The notes under the pieces are model-generated. The model ran no database searches, had not been told where the DNA came from, and saw only the letters and a list, made by a program, of their open reading frames with translations. Shown here one piece after another: positions 29,616-39,500 of a stretch of DNA of 55,366 nt. A program made the position numbers and the translations under genes. The DNA is from Anaerolineae bacterium (GTDB lineage Bacteria; Chloroflexota; Anaerolineae; B4-G1; DUEL01), in assembly GCA_050049355.1 (NCBI GenBank), contig JASFWK010000004.1:1-55366 (forward strand). Direction: 5' to 3'. Numbering within the stretch: the first letter of the stretch is position 1; each line of letters begins with the position of its first letter.

Positions 29616-30388
29616 CCCGACGTTACGCGAGGCGGTACCGCTTTGAAAGTGCGACCCCACTGGTGCTGGGACGCCGTACGACGGCCTCTGCATGGCGCTT
29701 CCGAACGCGCTGGCTGCTGGTCAGCCTGGGGGCAGTGGCGGCTGCAGGTTTGGTGTTGTGGTTCTCCTTCAGTCCGCGCTTCTACATCCTAGAGGCGCGA
29801 ATCGTCGGCGAGGAGTGGGTTTCAGAGGACGAAATCTTCACTGCCAGTGGACTTCAGCGATTGCATGTTCTGTGGGCACGCGAAGGGAAGGCGGAGGCCA
29901 GGATATTGGAACGCTTCCCCTCGCTGCAGCAGGTGGAGGTCAACTGCGGTTTCCCGGCCGATTGCACGATCAGGGTTGTCGAACATCCGCCAATCCTTAC
30001 CTGGCAGGTAGGCGAGAGGGTATTCTGGGTGAATTCTGCAGGGAGGTACCTCCCTGCTGAGCGCCCCTTGGAAGAGGGGTGGGTGGTGATTGGGCCGCTT
30101 CCGACCAGCCCGGAGGGCCGGCTTGAGCAGCAGGCCTTGGTTGCGCTCAAAGAGCTGGAAGAGTTGAACATCGTGCCTCGGCCGATCGAGTACCGACCTG
30201 ATCGGGGGTTGATCCTTGTGGACGAGGCAGGCTGGCGCGTCATTCTGGGCCAGGGGGAAGGGATGGAGCGAAGGCTGCGCACCTACACGCTCGTGAAGGC
30301 GCATCTGTTGGAGCATGACATCCATCCTCGGTATGTGGATGTGCGGTTCCCAGAGGCGCCTTACTATTCGGAGACAAACGAGTGGTGA
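29612..30388 (+). CDS. ftsQ: FtsQ/DivIB-type POTRA domain protein
   Basis: basic N-terminus, TM, POTRA-like segment, YVDVRF C-terminal motif; between ddl and ftsA. Confidence 0.8.
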   Translation: MTRRYARRYRFESATPLVLGRRTTASAWRFRTRWLLVSLGAVAAAGLVLWFSFSPRFYILEARIVGEEWVSEDEIFTASGLQRLHVLWAREGKAEARILERFPSLQQVEVNCGFPADCTIRVVEHPPILTWQVGERVFWVNSAGRYLPAERPLEEGWVVIGPLPTSPEGRLEQQALVALKELEELNIVPRPIEYRPDRGLILVDEAGWRVILGQGEGMERRLRTYTLVKAHLLEHDIHPRYVDVRFPEAPYYSETNEW

Positions 30389-30415
30389 CATATCTACTAG
30401 AGTGGTGAGGGCACG

Positions 30416-31636
30416 GTGGAGAGAACCATTGTCGGCATAGACGTAGGATCCAGCAAGGTCTGCACCCTGGTCGGTGACGTCGGTGCGGGATCCGATCTAC
30501 GCATCGTCGGCGTGGGGATGGCGCCCTCTCGCGGCCTGCGGAAGGGAGTAGTGGTCGACATCGCGGAGGCAACGACGGCGATCGCTGCGTCGGTAGAGGA
30601 GGCAGAGCGCAGTTCTGGCTACCGAATCGAGCGGGCCTACGTGGGTCTCAGCGGTGCCCACATCTCCTCCGAGAATAGCCGGGGGGTAGTGGCTATCTCC
30701 CGACGGGAGGAAGGGATCACGCTTGAGGATGTGGACCGCGTGCTGGATGCAGCGGCGGCGGTCGCAGTTCCGCATAACTTTGAGCTAGTCCACGTCATTC
30801 CGCGTTACTTTGTGGTCGATGGGCAGAAGGGGGTGCGGGAGCCACTGGGAATGCACGGGTTCCGGATGGAAGTGGAGGCCCACGTGGTGACCGGCTCTAG
30901 CACCGCCATTCAGAACTTGGTCAAGTGCGTGACAGGAGCTGGGGTAGAGGTGGACGAAGTGGTTCTCTCCACCCTGGCGGCTGCCGATGCCGTGCTTGAG
31001 GAAAACGAACGGGAGATGGGCGTGGTACTGGTGGACGTGGGTGGCGGGACCACTGATGTCGCCATCTTCATTGACGGAACCGTGTGGCACACTGCCACGT
31101 TGGGGATTGGCGGGGAGTACGTCACCAACGATGTCGCAATCGGGCTCCGACTGCCCGCGGAAGCGGCGGAGGAGGTGAAGATCGAGCACGGTCACGCGCG
31201 GGCGGTGCAGGTTAGCCAAGACGAGCGGTTTATGGCAGAACCCTTCGGGGATGGCTCTCTCCATTCCTTGCCTCGGTGGAAGCTGGCGGAGATCATTGAG
31301 GCGCGCGTGGAGGAGATCTTGGATATGGTCGGACAGGAGATCAAGCGCTCCGGCTACGAGGGGTTGCTTCCCGCTGGCGTTGTTCTCTGCGGTGGGGTAG
31401 GTACGTTGCCCGGGATTCAGGAACTGGGCCGAGACCTGCTCAGGCTTCCGATGCGGATCGGCCGACCTGGGAGAATCGTGGGTCTGGTGGATCGCATCGG
31501 CGGGCCGGCCTATGCAGTCGCGGTCGGGCTGGTGGGCTGGGGGTTGATGGCTGATGAGAGACCCTCTCTCCCGAAGCGTGGGATCTCAGTGGGCCGGCGT
31601 TTTGCGAACTGGCTGCGAGCACTACTGCCTGGTTGA
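30416..31636 (+). CDS. ftsA: cell division protein FtsA
   Basis: GIDVGSSKV, GLRKGVV, VDVGGGTTD, GVVLCGG. Confidence 0.97.
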   Translation: MERTIVGIDVGSSKVCTLVGDVGAGSDLRIVGVGMAPSRGLRKGVVVDIAEATTAIAASVEEAERSSGYRIERAYVGLSGAHISSENSRGVVAISRREEGITLEDVDRVLDAAAAVAVPHNFELVHVIPRYFVVDGQKGVREPLGMHGFRMEVEAHVVTGSSTAIQNLVKCVTGAGVEVDEVVLSTLAAADAVLEENEREMGVVLVDVGGGTTDVAIFIDGTVWHTATLGIGGEYVTNDVAIGLRLPAEAAEEVKIEHGHARAVQVSQDERFMAEPFGDGSLHSLPRWKLAEIIEARVEEILDMVGQEIKRSGYEGLLPAGVVLCGGVGTLPGIQELGRDLLRLPMRIGRPGRIVGLVDRIGGPAYAVAVGLVGWGLMADERPSLPKRGISVGRRFANWLRALLPG

Positions 31637-31703
31637 TTAGACCGTACGGAGCTGATGTAAGAGACAATCCTGGACTCAGATTAGACAGCAGGGAGGTATC
31701 GAG

Positions 31704-32774
31704 ATGCAGACAGCACCACAGGTTGAGCATTTCGCACAGATTCGAGTGGTTGGCATCGGCGGCGGCGGCAGCAATGCCGTCAACCGCATGATGGAGGAAG
31801 GGATTGCGGGCGTCGATTTCATCGCCATCAATACCGATGCTCAAGCTCTGATGCTCTCGGACGCCCCCAAGCGGATCCGCATCGGCGATGAACTGACGCG
31901 GGGACTAGGGGTAGGAGGGGATCCCGAGCTGGGCCAGAAGGCCGCCGAGGAGTCGGCGGATGAGCTGTACGAGGCTCTCAAGGGCTCCGACATGATCTTC
32001 GTAACAGCTGGCATGGGAGGGGGCACAGGCACAGGCGCTGCCCCGGTGATCGCCAAGATCGCCCGGGAGGTCGACGCTTTGACCATCGGCGTCGTAACCC
32101 GGCCGTTCTCCTTCGAGGGAAGGAAGCGGGCGGAGGTCGCGTCAGCCGGGATTGAGGTGTTGAAAGGGGAAGCGGACACGCTGATCGTCATTCCCAACGA
32201 CCGCCTGTTGGAGATCGTCGAGAAACGAGTGAGCCTGCAGGACGCCTTTCGGCTGGCCGATGATGTGCTCCGCCAGGGCATTCAGGGGATCTCCGAGTTG
32301 ATCACTATTCCCGGTTTGATCAACCTGGACTTCGCCGATGTGCGAGCTGTGATGTCGGAGGGGGGAGCGGCGCTGATGGCAGTAGGCCGGGCCAGCGGCG
32401 AGAACCGAGCGGTCGAGGCGGCTCAGCAGGCCATCTCTAGCCGCTTGCTGGATATCACCATCAACGGCGCGAAGGGCATCCTCTTCAACGTTACAGGAGG
32501 TTCTAGCCTGACGCTCTTCGAGGTGAACGAGGCCGCGTCCATCATCAAGGAGACTGCTCATCCCGATGTCAACCTCATCTTCGGCGCGGTCATTGATGAG
32601 TCGATGGGCGACGATATCCGCGTCACGGTCATCGCCACGGGGTTTGATGGAGGCGGGGCGAAACCTCGCGCACGCCGTGCGCGGGCCCAGCAGGAGGAGA
32701 CGGACGTACCCCTGCCGACCTTCGACAAGGACGACCTGGAGGTTCCTGCGTTCCTCCGCCGCAGTCCCAGATAG
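31704..32774 (+). CDS. ftsZ: cell division protein FtsZ
   Basis: [37 protein letters not shown]-terminal LEVPAFLRR. Confidence 0.99.
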   Translation: MQTAPQVEHFAQIRVVGIGGGGSNAVNRMMEEGIAGVDFIAINTDAQALMLSDAPKRIRIGDELTRGLGVGGDPELGQKAAEESADELYEALKGSDMIFVTAGMGGGTGTGAAPVIAKIAREVDALTIGVVTRPFSFEGRKRAEVASAGIEVLKGEADTLIVIPNDRLLEIVEKRVSLQDAFRLADDVLRQGIQGISELITIPGLINLDFADVRAVMSEGGAALMAVGRASGENRAVEAAQQAISSRLLDITINGAKGILFNVTGGSSLTLFEVNEAASIIKETAHPDVNLIFGAVIDESMGDDIRVTVIATGFDGGGAKPRARRARAQQEETDVPLPTFDKDDLEVPAFLRRSPR

Positions 32775-33314
32775 GATCCTCAATCGAGAACCGAAACCGA
32801 GGCGGAGATGCTGGGAGAGTCGCATCTGTCTGCCTGTACCGCTGGGTGTAACCGTGCAGTGGTCTCGCCGCCCGAGACGGAGGGGTGGGCGACGAATCCT
32901 GGCTGGCTGCAAACTTGAGTTCTGAGCTCGAGCGTCTTGCGCTGCCAGATTCGTGTTGCCCCAATCTGGAATTGCTATTCGTGAACCGGGCAACGAGCGG
33001 GGGTGGATACCGATCTCTCGACGCGCCTCCCTGACTCCTCCAGTTCCACAATCAGACACGTCGGAAGGATCCGGCGCCCAAGGTCGATCCTCCTTGCTTC
33101 GACGTTGGATCGTCATCATAAGGCAGCCTCAAGGCCCTCGCTTGGCATGTTCCTCACTCCACCAGCCGTTGTTGACACGCTGGTAACCTCCGCTGGGGAG
33201 TAGCGAGCCCTTTCACCTTCAGTGCCCCAGCCTACCAGTCTCGTGGCTGCGACTGCGAAGACCACGACCACTTCACAGACATCCTTGCCCCAAGTGCAGT
33301 TCCCGGTTGACATC

Positions 33315-33508
33315 CTAGCTACCGGACAGTTTGGCCTAGCGCCTCGGCGGTTCAAATCGCTGTTCTTGGTCTCGACGCTGTGCTGAGTGGCTCAGCGCAG
33401 CTGAGCGTATCGAAGCATACAGTCTCTTCAGGCGCTACCCTTCGGCAGGCTCAGGCCGACGCTCGACCGGCGAACAGCTCGCCATATATCAAAGTGTCCG
33501 GTGGCTAG
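33315..33508. mobile_element. 194-bp non-autonomous element (MITE) with 19-bp TIRs and 9-bp target site duplication
   Basis: CTAGCTACCGGACAGTTTG (33315-33333) versus CAAAGTGTCCGGTGGCTAG (33490-33508), 17/19 complementary; GTTGACATC at 33306-33314 and 33509-33517; no transposase ORF. Confidence 0.85.
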
Positions 33509-33548
33509 GTTGACATCTTAAAGATCCGCGGTCTTTTACCCGTGGCTC

Positions 33549-33577
33549 TTGCTTTGCAGCTTTCTGCATGATATAAT
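33549..33577 (+). promoter_or_regulatory. nrdR-nrdD promoter
   Basis: TTGCTT-17-TATAAT with TGn extended -10. Confidence 0.8.
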
Positions 33578-33589
33578 ATTGATTGTGCA

Positions 33590-33636
33590 CCCCCAGATAT
33601 AGAGGTTGGTATGTCCTTAACCCCCATATCTGGCGA
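33590..33636 (+). promoter_or_regulatory. tandem NrdR boxes
   Basis: CCCCCAGATATAGAGG (33590-33605) and CCCCCATATCTGGCGA (33621-33636) fit the core of acaCwAtATaTwGtg, with starts 31 bp apart as is typical. Confidence 0.75.
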
Positions 33637-33666
33637 TCATTCTCCCCTACTGCGAGGTTTGATTGG

Positions 33667-34116
33667 ATGAAGTGTCCCTATTGTGGCGTTGAGCGTACGC
33701 GTGTCGTATCTACATATCATGACTCTCGGGGAATCCGACGTAGGCGCGAGTGCCGGGAATGCGAGCGACGGTTCACGACACTTGAGCGAGCGATCTTGAC
33801 CACGCCGCTTGTGGTCAAGCGGGATGGCCGCCGAGAGGAGTTCGAGCGCGAGAAGCTGCTCTCTGGACTGCGCATTGCCTGTGCGCGCCGGCCGATCTCC
33901 GCCGATGATCTGGAGCGGGTGGTGGACCGGGTTGAGGAGGGCATCCGGCAGATGGGTAAGGCTGAGGTGCCCAGTCGGACCATCGGCGACTTGGTCATTG
34001 CTGAGCTGCGAGAACTTGACCTTGTCTCCTACATCCGCTACGCTATCGTCTACCTGGGGCTGGAGGATCTCGAAGCAGTGCGGGCTGAGATCAACCGGCT
34101 CCTAGAAGGAGAGTGA
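33667..34116 (+). CDS. nrdR: transcriptional repressor NrdR
   Basis: MKCPYCG, IRRRRECREC..RFTT.E, ATP cone VVKRDGRREEF. Confidence 0.97.
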   Translation: MKCPYCGVERTRVVSTYHDSRGIRRRRECRECERRFTTLERAILTTPLVVKRDGRREEFEREKLLSGLRIACARRPISADDLERVVDRVEEGIRQMGKAEVPSRTIGDLVIAELRELDLVSYIRYAIVYLGLEDLEAVRAEINRLLEGE

Positions 34117-34157
34117 TCTCTCTGCTGCCGGCCGCGCGGGAATTCTTGTGAGCTCCA

Positions 34158-34186
34158 GGGCCGGCAACCGTTGAGGTTGCCGGCCC
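34158..34186 (+). other. perfect 12-bp stem-loop between nrdR and nrdD
   Basis: GGGCCGGCAACC-gttga-GGTTGCCGGCCC. Confidence 0.75.
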
Positions 34187-34214
34187 ATTGAATTTGATCG
34201 AAGGTGAAATGGTG

Positions 34215-36305
34215 ATGAGCATAGTTGAGGTTGTCAAACGCGATGGGACGAAGGTCCCTTTCGATCGGAAGCGGATTGAGGATGCCATCTACGCTGCTGC
34301 TAGATCTGCCGGCAACGGCGAGGGCCGGCAGTGGGCTGAGAAACTCTCGCGCACAGTGCTGGATATCCTGGAGGAGCGACTCGAACACGATCGTCGCGCG
34401 GTGGAGACGGAGGAGATCCGGGACGTGGTCGAGGAGGTGCTGATCAAATGGGGCAGCCCGCGGGTGGCTGAGGCATATGTTCTCCATCGGGAGCGGAAGG
34501 CCGAGGCGCGCGCGGCCCAGCGGATGCTTCTGGACACAGAGAAGCTGGTGAATGACTATCTCCAGCGTGCCGACTGGCGGGTCAATGAAAACAGCAACAT
34601 GAACTACTCTCTTCAGGGGCTAAACTTCTACGTAGCCTCCTCTATCGCTGCCCGCTATTGGCTGGACGAAATCTATCCACAGGAGATCCAGCGGGCACAT
34701 GTCGAGGGTGACCTGCACTTGCACGATCTGGGGATGCTGTCGGTCTACTGCTGTGGCTGGGACTTGCGCGATCTCCTGATCCGGGGCTTCGGCGGAGTGC
34801 CGACTAAGGTCGAGAGTAGGCCTCCCCGCCATTTGCGCACTGCCTTGGGCCAGCTGGTCAACTTCTTCTACACGCTGCAGGGTGAATCGGCGGGAGCTGT
34901 GGCAGTCTCCAACTTCGACACCCTTCTTGCTCCGTTCATCCGCTATGACGGACTGGACCATCGTGGGATCAAACAGGCGCTGCAGGAATTCGTGTTCAAC
35001 GTCAACGTGCCCACCAGGGTCGGATTCCAGACTCCGTTCACCAACCTCACAATGGACCTGACGCCCGCAGCCACGCTGTGTGATCGGGCCGTGGTAGTCG
35101 GAGGGGAGGAACGTGCGGAGACGTACGGTGATTTCCAGCGTGAGATGGATATGCTCAACCGCGCCTTTGCGGAAGTCATGCTGGAGGGCGATGCCAAGGG
35201 GCGGGTCTTCACTTTCCCCATTCCCACCTACAACATCACGCGCGACTTCGATTGGGCCAATCCCGACCTGGAACCGGTGTGGGCCATGACGGCCCGTTAC
35301 GGCATTCCGTACTGGGCCAACTTCGTCAACAGTGACATGGATCCAGATGACGCGCGCAGTATGTGCTGCCGGCTGCGGCTGGATCAGCGTGAGCTGCGCA
35401 AGCGCATCGGCGGGCCGTTCGCTGCTGCTCCTCTCACCGGGTCGGTTGGGGTGGCGACGATCAACATGCCCCGTCTGGGTTACCTGGCGCGCGACGAATC
35501 GGACTTCTTTGACCGATTGAAGCACGTGATGGAGTTGGCCCGCACCAGTCTAGAGATCAAGCGCAGCATGCTCGAGACCTTCACTCGCCAGGGCCTCTAT
35601 CCCTACAGTCGCCACTACCTGCAGGGGGTGAGAGGGCGGTTTGGCGGTTATTGGAGCAACCACTTCTCCACGATAGGTCTCATTGGGATGAATGAGGCTT
35701 GTCAGAACCTGCTGGAGGTGGGGATTGCCCATCCCAAAGGGAAAGCATTCGCGGTTCGTGCGCTGGAGTTCATGCGCGAGGTGCTGAGTCGCTTCCAGGC
35801 GGAGACCGGCAATCTCTACAACCTTGAGGCGACCCCTGCTGAGGGGGCTTCCTTCCGTCTGGCGAGAGCCGACACAGAGCGGTTCTCAGCCATTGTCACC
35901 GCTGGCACTGAACAGGCGCCCTACTACACCAACTCCACCCATCTCCCCGTGAGCTACAGCGACGATCTCTTTGAGGTGCTGGAGCACCAGGACAAACTGC
36001 AGACGCTCTACACTGGAGGGACGGTGGTGCACGTCTTCTTGGGCGAGCGCCTGAACGACTGGCGACAGGCCCGCCGGGTGGTGCGCACGATCGCAGAGAA
36101 CTTTCAAATACCCTACTACACCCTTACCCCCACGTTCAGCGTCTGTCCGGTGCACGGATATGTCGCAGGGGAGCATCACTACTGCCCTCACGAACACACG
36201 GAGGAGGAGCTGGCGCGGTTTGGGAGGGCGCTGAACGGCAGGATGAGAGAAGACGGAGGGCTCCTCGGCTCTCAAAGGCACCCGGGCCACCCTTCCCCCG
36301 CTTGA
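34215..36305 (+). CDS. nrdD: class III anaerobic ribonucleoside-triphosphate reductase catalytic subunit, without C-terminal glycyl-radical motif
   Basis: N-terminal ATP cone, DWRVNENSN, HLHDL, YCCGW, FTFPIPTYN, SMCCRL, GMNE, EATPAEG, YTGGTV.H, CPVHG. Confidence 0.92.
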   Translation: MSIVEVVKRDGTKVPFDRKRIEDAIYAAARSAGNGEGRQWAEKLSRTVLDILEERLEHDRRAVETEEIRDVVEEVLIKWGSPRVAEAYVLHRERKAEARAAQRMLLDTEKLVNDYLQRADWRVNENSNMNYSLQGLNFYVASSIAARYWLDEIYPQEIQRAHVEGDLHLHDLGMLSVYCCGWDLRDLLIRGFGGVPTKVESRPPRHLRTALGQLVNFFYTLQGESAGAVAVSNFDTLLAPFIRYDGLDHRGIKQALQEFVFNVNVPTRVGFQTPFTNLTMDLTPAATLCDRAVVVGGEERAETYGDFQREMDMLNRAFAEVMLEGDAKGRVFTFPIPTYNITRDFDWANPDLEPVWAMTARYGIPYWANFVNSDMDPDDARSMCCRLRLDQRELRKRIGGPFAAAPLTGSVGVATINMPRLGYLARDESDFFDRLKHVMELARTSLEIKRSMLETFTRQGLYPYSRHYLQGVRGRFGGYWSNHFSTIGLIGMNEACQNLLEVGIAHPKGKAFAVRALEFMREVLSRFQAETGNLYNLEATPAEGASFRLARADTERFSAIVTAGTEQAPYYTNSTHLPVSYSDDLFEVLEHQDKLQTLYTGGTVVHVFLGERLNDWRQARRVVRTIAENFQIPYYTLTPTFSVCPVHGYVAGEHHYCPHEHTEEELARFGRALNGRMREDGGLLGSQRHPGHPSPA

Positions 36306-36373
36306 ATCTGAAGGCTCCCCCAGCCCACCCGAATTCCCTGAGGCAGTGATACACTGCCCACCAATGCCTCTGG

Positions 36374-36402
36374 TTGTCAAAAGCTGCTGTTTGTGCTAGA
36401 AT
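36374..36402 (+). promoter_or_regulatory. promoter of glycoside hydrolase cluster
   Basis: TTGTCA-17-TAGAAT with TGn. Confidence 0.7.
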
Positions 36403-36454
36403 ACGCGACGCTTTCCCGAGCCTGTCAATTCCCGGTGAAGGAAGGAGCTCTCCA

Positions 36455-36475
36455 GCGGCCTTCGGGCCGCCTTTT
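36455..36475 (+). terminator. terminator-like cUUCGg hairpin in 5' UTR
   Basis: GCGGCC-TTCG-GGCCGC followed by CTTTT. Confidence 0.5.
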
Positions 36476-36525
36476 GCTGATATGGGGAGTAGCATTGTCT
36501 CTTTGCCGATATGATGGAGGTGGCC

Positions 36526-39500
36526 ATGGAAGAGCACAACTCCGAAGCGGAAGTGCCGGAAGGCCTGGCTGTTGCGACTGAGGAAACGGGCCGGTCGGCC
36601 GATGAGTCTGGTGCAGAGACAGACTCACCCGGACCCGCCGAACATGAGGCAGGATCCCCCGGTTCCACTCTATTCCAGCGGCTAGCAGCTATCTTCACCC
36701 GGAAGCGAGGACAGGCGTCAGAGAGCGCTGTCGCCGCCGCTGAGGAGCATGCTCCAAACCCGGAACGGAGGGACGAGACCGAGGCGGCGGCGGCACCGAC
36801 CGGTCCTACCTTGCGCGAGCGACTGGCGATCACCTTCGCCCCGGCCCGCGAGCGGTTTGGGACAGGTCTTGGCCGCCTGGGCACCTCGCTGACCGGCGGC
36901 GGCTGGGTCTACGGAATCATCGCCATCTTGGTCATTGGAGCACTGGTTCTTCCACCTATCTCCCTTCCGCGACGGCTTGGTCTGGTGGGATTCACCCGCA
37001 TCAACGCCGGAAGCTCTTCCCTCAGTCATCCCGATGGCATAACCGTGAGAGTCGAACCTGAGGACGGAGTCAGTCTGCGTGTGAGCTTGGACACCATTCC
37101 CCGGGTGGACTTTCTGGATGGAGAGGCGGGACTCGAGGAGGCGGTCGCGGCTGTGCCTGACTGGCTGGAGGTCAAGAGTCCCTACTACCGGATTGAGGTC
37201 TTCTCCAGTGCCGCGGGACCAGCTACGCTGGAGGTGGTCATCCCCAACGAGGCCGAGCCGTGGGAGACGCTTGATCTGTATACATGGACAGGCAGTGCCT
37301 GGGAGTGGGTTGGCGGGGCGCTGGACTCCGAGCGGGAGGTGTTGGCGGCCAAGGTTACCCAGTTGCCATCCTCCGTTGTAGTGATGCAGACCGCTCCGGT
37401 GGTCCCCGCCATCGCGACGACTACCTCTGAACCCCCCGAGGGCGAGGCGGCCGAGATCCTCACCGAGGTGCTTCTACCTGGTCTCTACCTGGGTACCGAC
37501 GGGACGCTCCTGGGTCAGGTGCCGACGCTGAACAGTGAGGATCTTGAGCAGATGCTGCTCATTCGCGACTGGCGCGATGATGAGCCTTTGAGCCCGGCGC
37601 TCCTGACCGATGTGCTGAACAGGCCGGATATCCAGGACGCTCATATCGAGCAGATTGTCACGAAGACACTCGAATCGGATGCTGCTGGCATCGCCCTGGA
37701 CTACCGAGCGGTGGATGTTGATCAGCGGGAGAGTTTCTCCCAGTTCGTCGGGGCGCTGGCGGATAAGTTGCACGCCCAGAACCTTCAGCTTGAGGTGAGA
37801 GTGCCCGCGCCCATTGAAAGGGACGGAGCCTGGGAGACGGGCGGATATGACTGGGCCGCTCTCGGCGCGGCGGCTGACGCTCTCCTGATCCCGTTCCCAC
37901 GCGAGCCTGAGGCCTATGCCGAGGGTGGAGAGGTGCAATCCCTCCTTGACTGGGCCGTGGGCGAGGTGAGCCGCTACAAGCTGCGTGCTGTGGTCTCTTC
38001 TCTCTGTACCGACGTGTGCGGAGAGGAGGTAAAGCGGGTGCCACTGGAGGAGGCCCTGGCTCCCTTCGGGGACGTGCAGAGTTCCGCCGAGGCCGAGCTA
38101 GAGCCTGGCCAAGAGGTGACCTTCGCCGTGGTAGGTCAGGTAACCAGCATTGTGCTGGAGGAATCGGTTGGTACCTACGCTGTCACTTATCAGGCAGAGG
38201 ACGAGACAGAGCACACTGTCTGGCTGGGCACTCCCTCTTTCCTCGCCCGCAAGCTGGAGTGGGCGCTGCGCTATCACCTCGGTGGCGTGTTGGTGAACGG
38301 CGTGCTTGACGAGGGGAATATGCCTGGCGTACTGGAGGCAGTGGCGAGTTACCGGGTGGCAGCTGAACCTCCACCACCGACCGAAATGGAGGTCACCTGG
38401 GCGGTGGAGGGACCAAGCGAGTTGGCTTTGGAGGAGACGACAGCGCTCACTCGCCCCCACTTCCGCTGGGTCGCGCCGTCGGAGCCGGGCATGTACGCCG
38501 TCTCAGCCTCTGTGGCTGGCGTGAGCTGGGGCTCTGTCGAGTTGGCGGTGGCCGAGCCCACTCCCGAAGTCACTCCTCTCACTGTTGAGGAAGCGGCTTG
38601 CCTGGAGGCCTCGTTTGTGGAGGATGTGACGGTGCCTGACGGTACTCAATTCGACAACGGCGAGGCCTTCGTCAAGACTTGGAGACTCCGCAACAGTGGT
38701 ACCTGCGACTGGCCCGAGGAGACGGTCCTGGTCTTCAGGAGCGGCTCCCAAATGGGTGGCGCAGATAGCGTGCCTGTCGGTGCAGTGGCGGCCGGAGAGA
38801 CGAAAGAGATCAGCGTGCAGCTGACCGCCCCGGAGGAGGCCGGCAACTTCACCGGCCTTTGGGTGCTCAAGGCGGGAGACACCGAGATCTCGGGCGGCGA
38901 GGTCTCTGTCGTGATCCGCGCTGGGGAGGTAGCAGGTGCGCCACCTCCTCCCCCGGCTCCGGTCAGCGGTGGCTCGTTTGAGCTGGGCGGCCACGTGCGC
39001 GACTTGGGTCTGCCCTATGCGAATCTGATGCACTACGCGGGTATGAACTGGGCAAAAGTCCAAGTCCACTACGGCCAGGACGCTTCTGGCATCATCCAAG
39101 CTGCGCATGCCAATGGCTTCAAAATACAGTTGAGCGCGCTGGGCACCCCCAGTATGGTCACTCAGCCTGGCTTTGAGCAAGACTTCGCAAGCTGGGTGGC
39201 GGGTCTTGCCGCCGGCGGAGCGGACGCCATAGAGGTGTGGAACGAACCAAATATCGACCGCGAGTGGCAGGTCGGGCACATAGACCCTGCAGCGTACACA
39301 CAGCTTCTGTGCACTGCCTATCAGGCGATCAAAGGGGCAAACCCGAACGCGCTTGTCATTAGTGCGGCACCGGCCCCCACCGGCTGGTTCGGCGGTTGTG
39401 GGCCCAATGGCTGTGATGACCTGCCGTGGATACAGGGGATGTACAACGCTGGCGCAGCTCAGTGTATGGACTACCTCGGGGCGCATCACAACGCCGGGGC

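Noticed and set aside
33320-33362. tRNA-like fragment (CAGTTTGG...GGTTCAAATC)
   Set aside because: No anticodon arm or acceptor stem, and the T-stem does not pair canonically; lies within the MITE.
36303-36311. Selenocysteine or read-through at the nrdD TGA to restore the radical domain
   Set aside because: A second in-frame TGA follows two codons later, and no RxxGY is encoded downstream.
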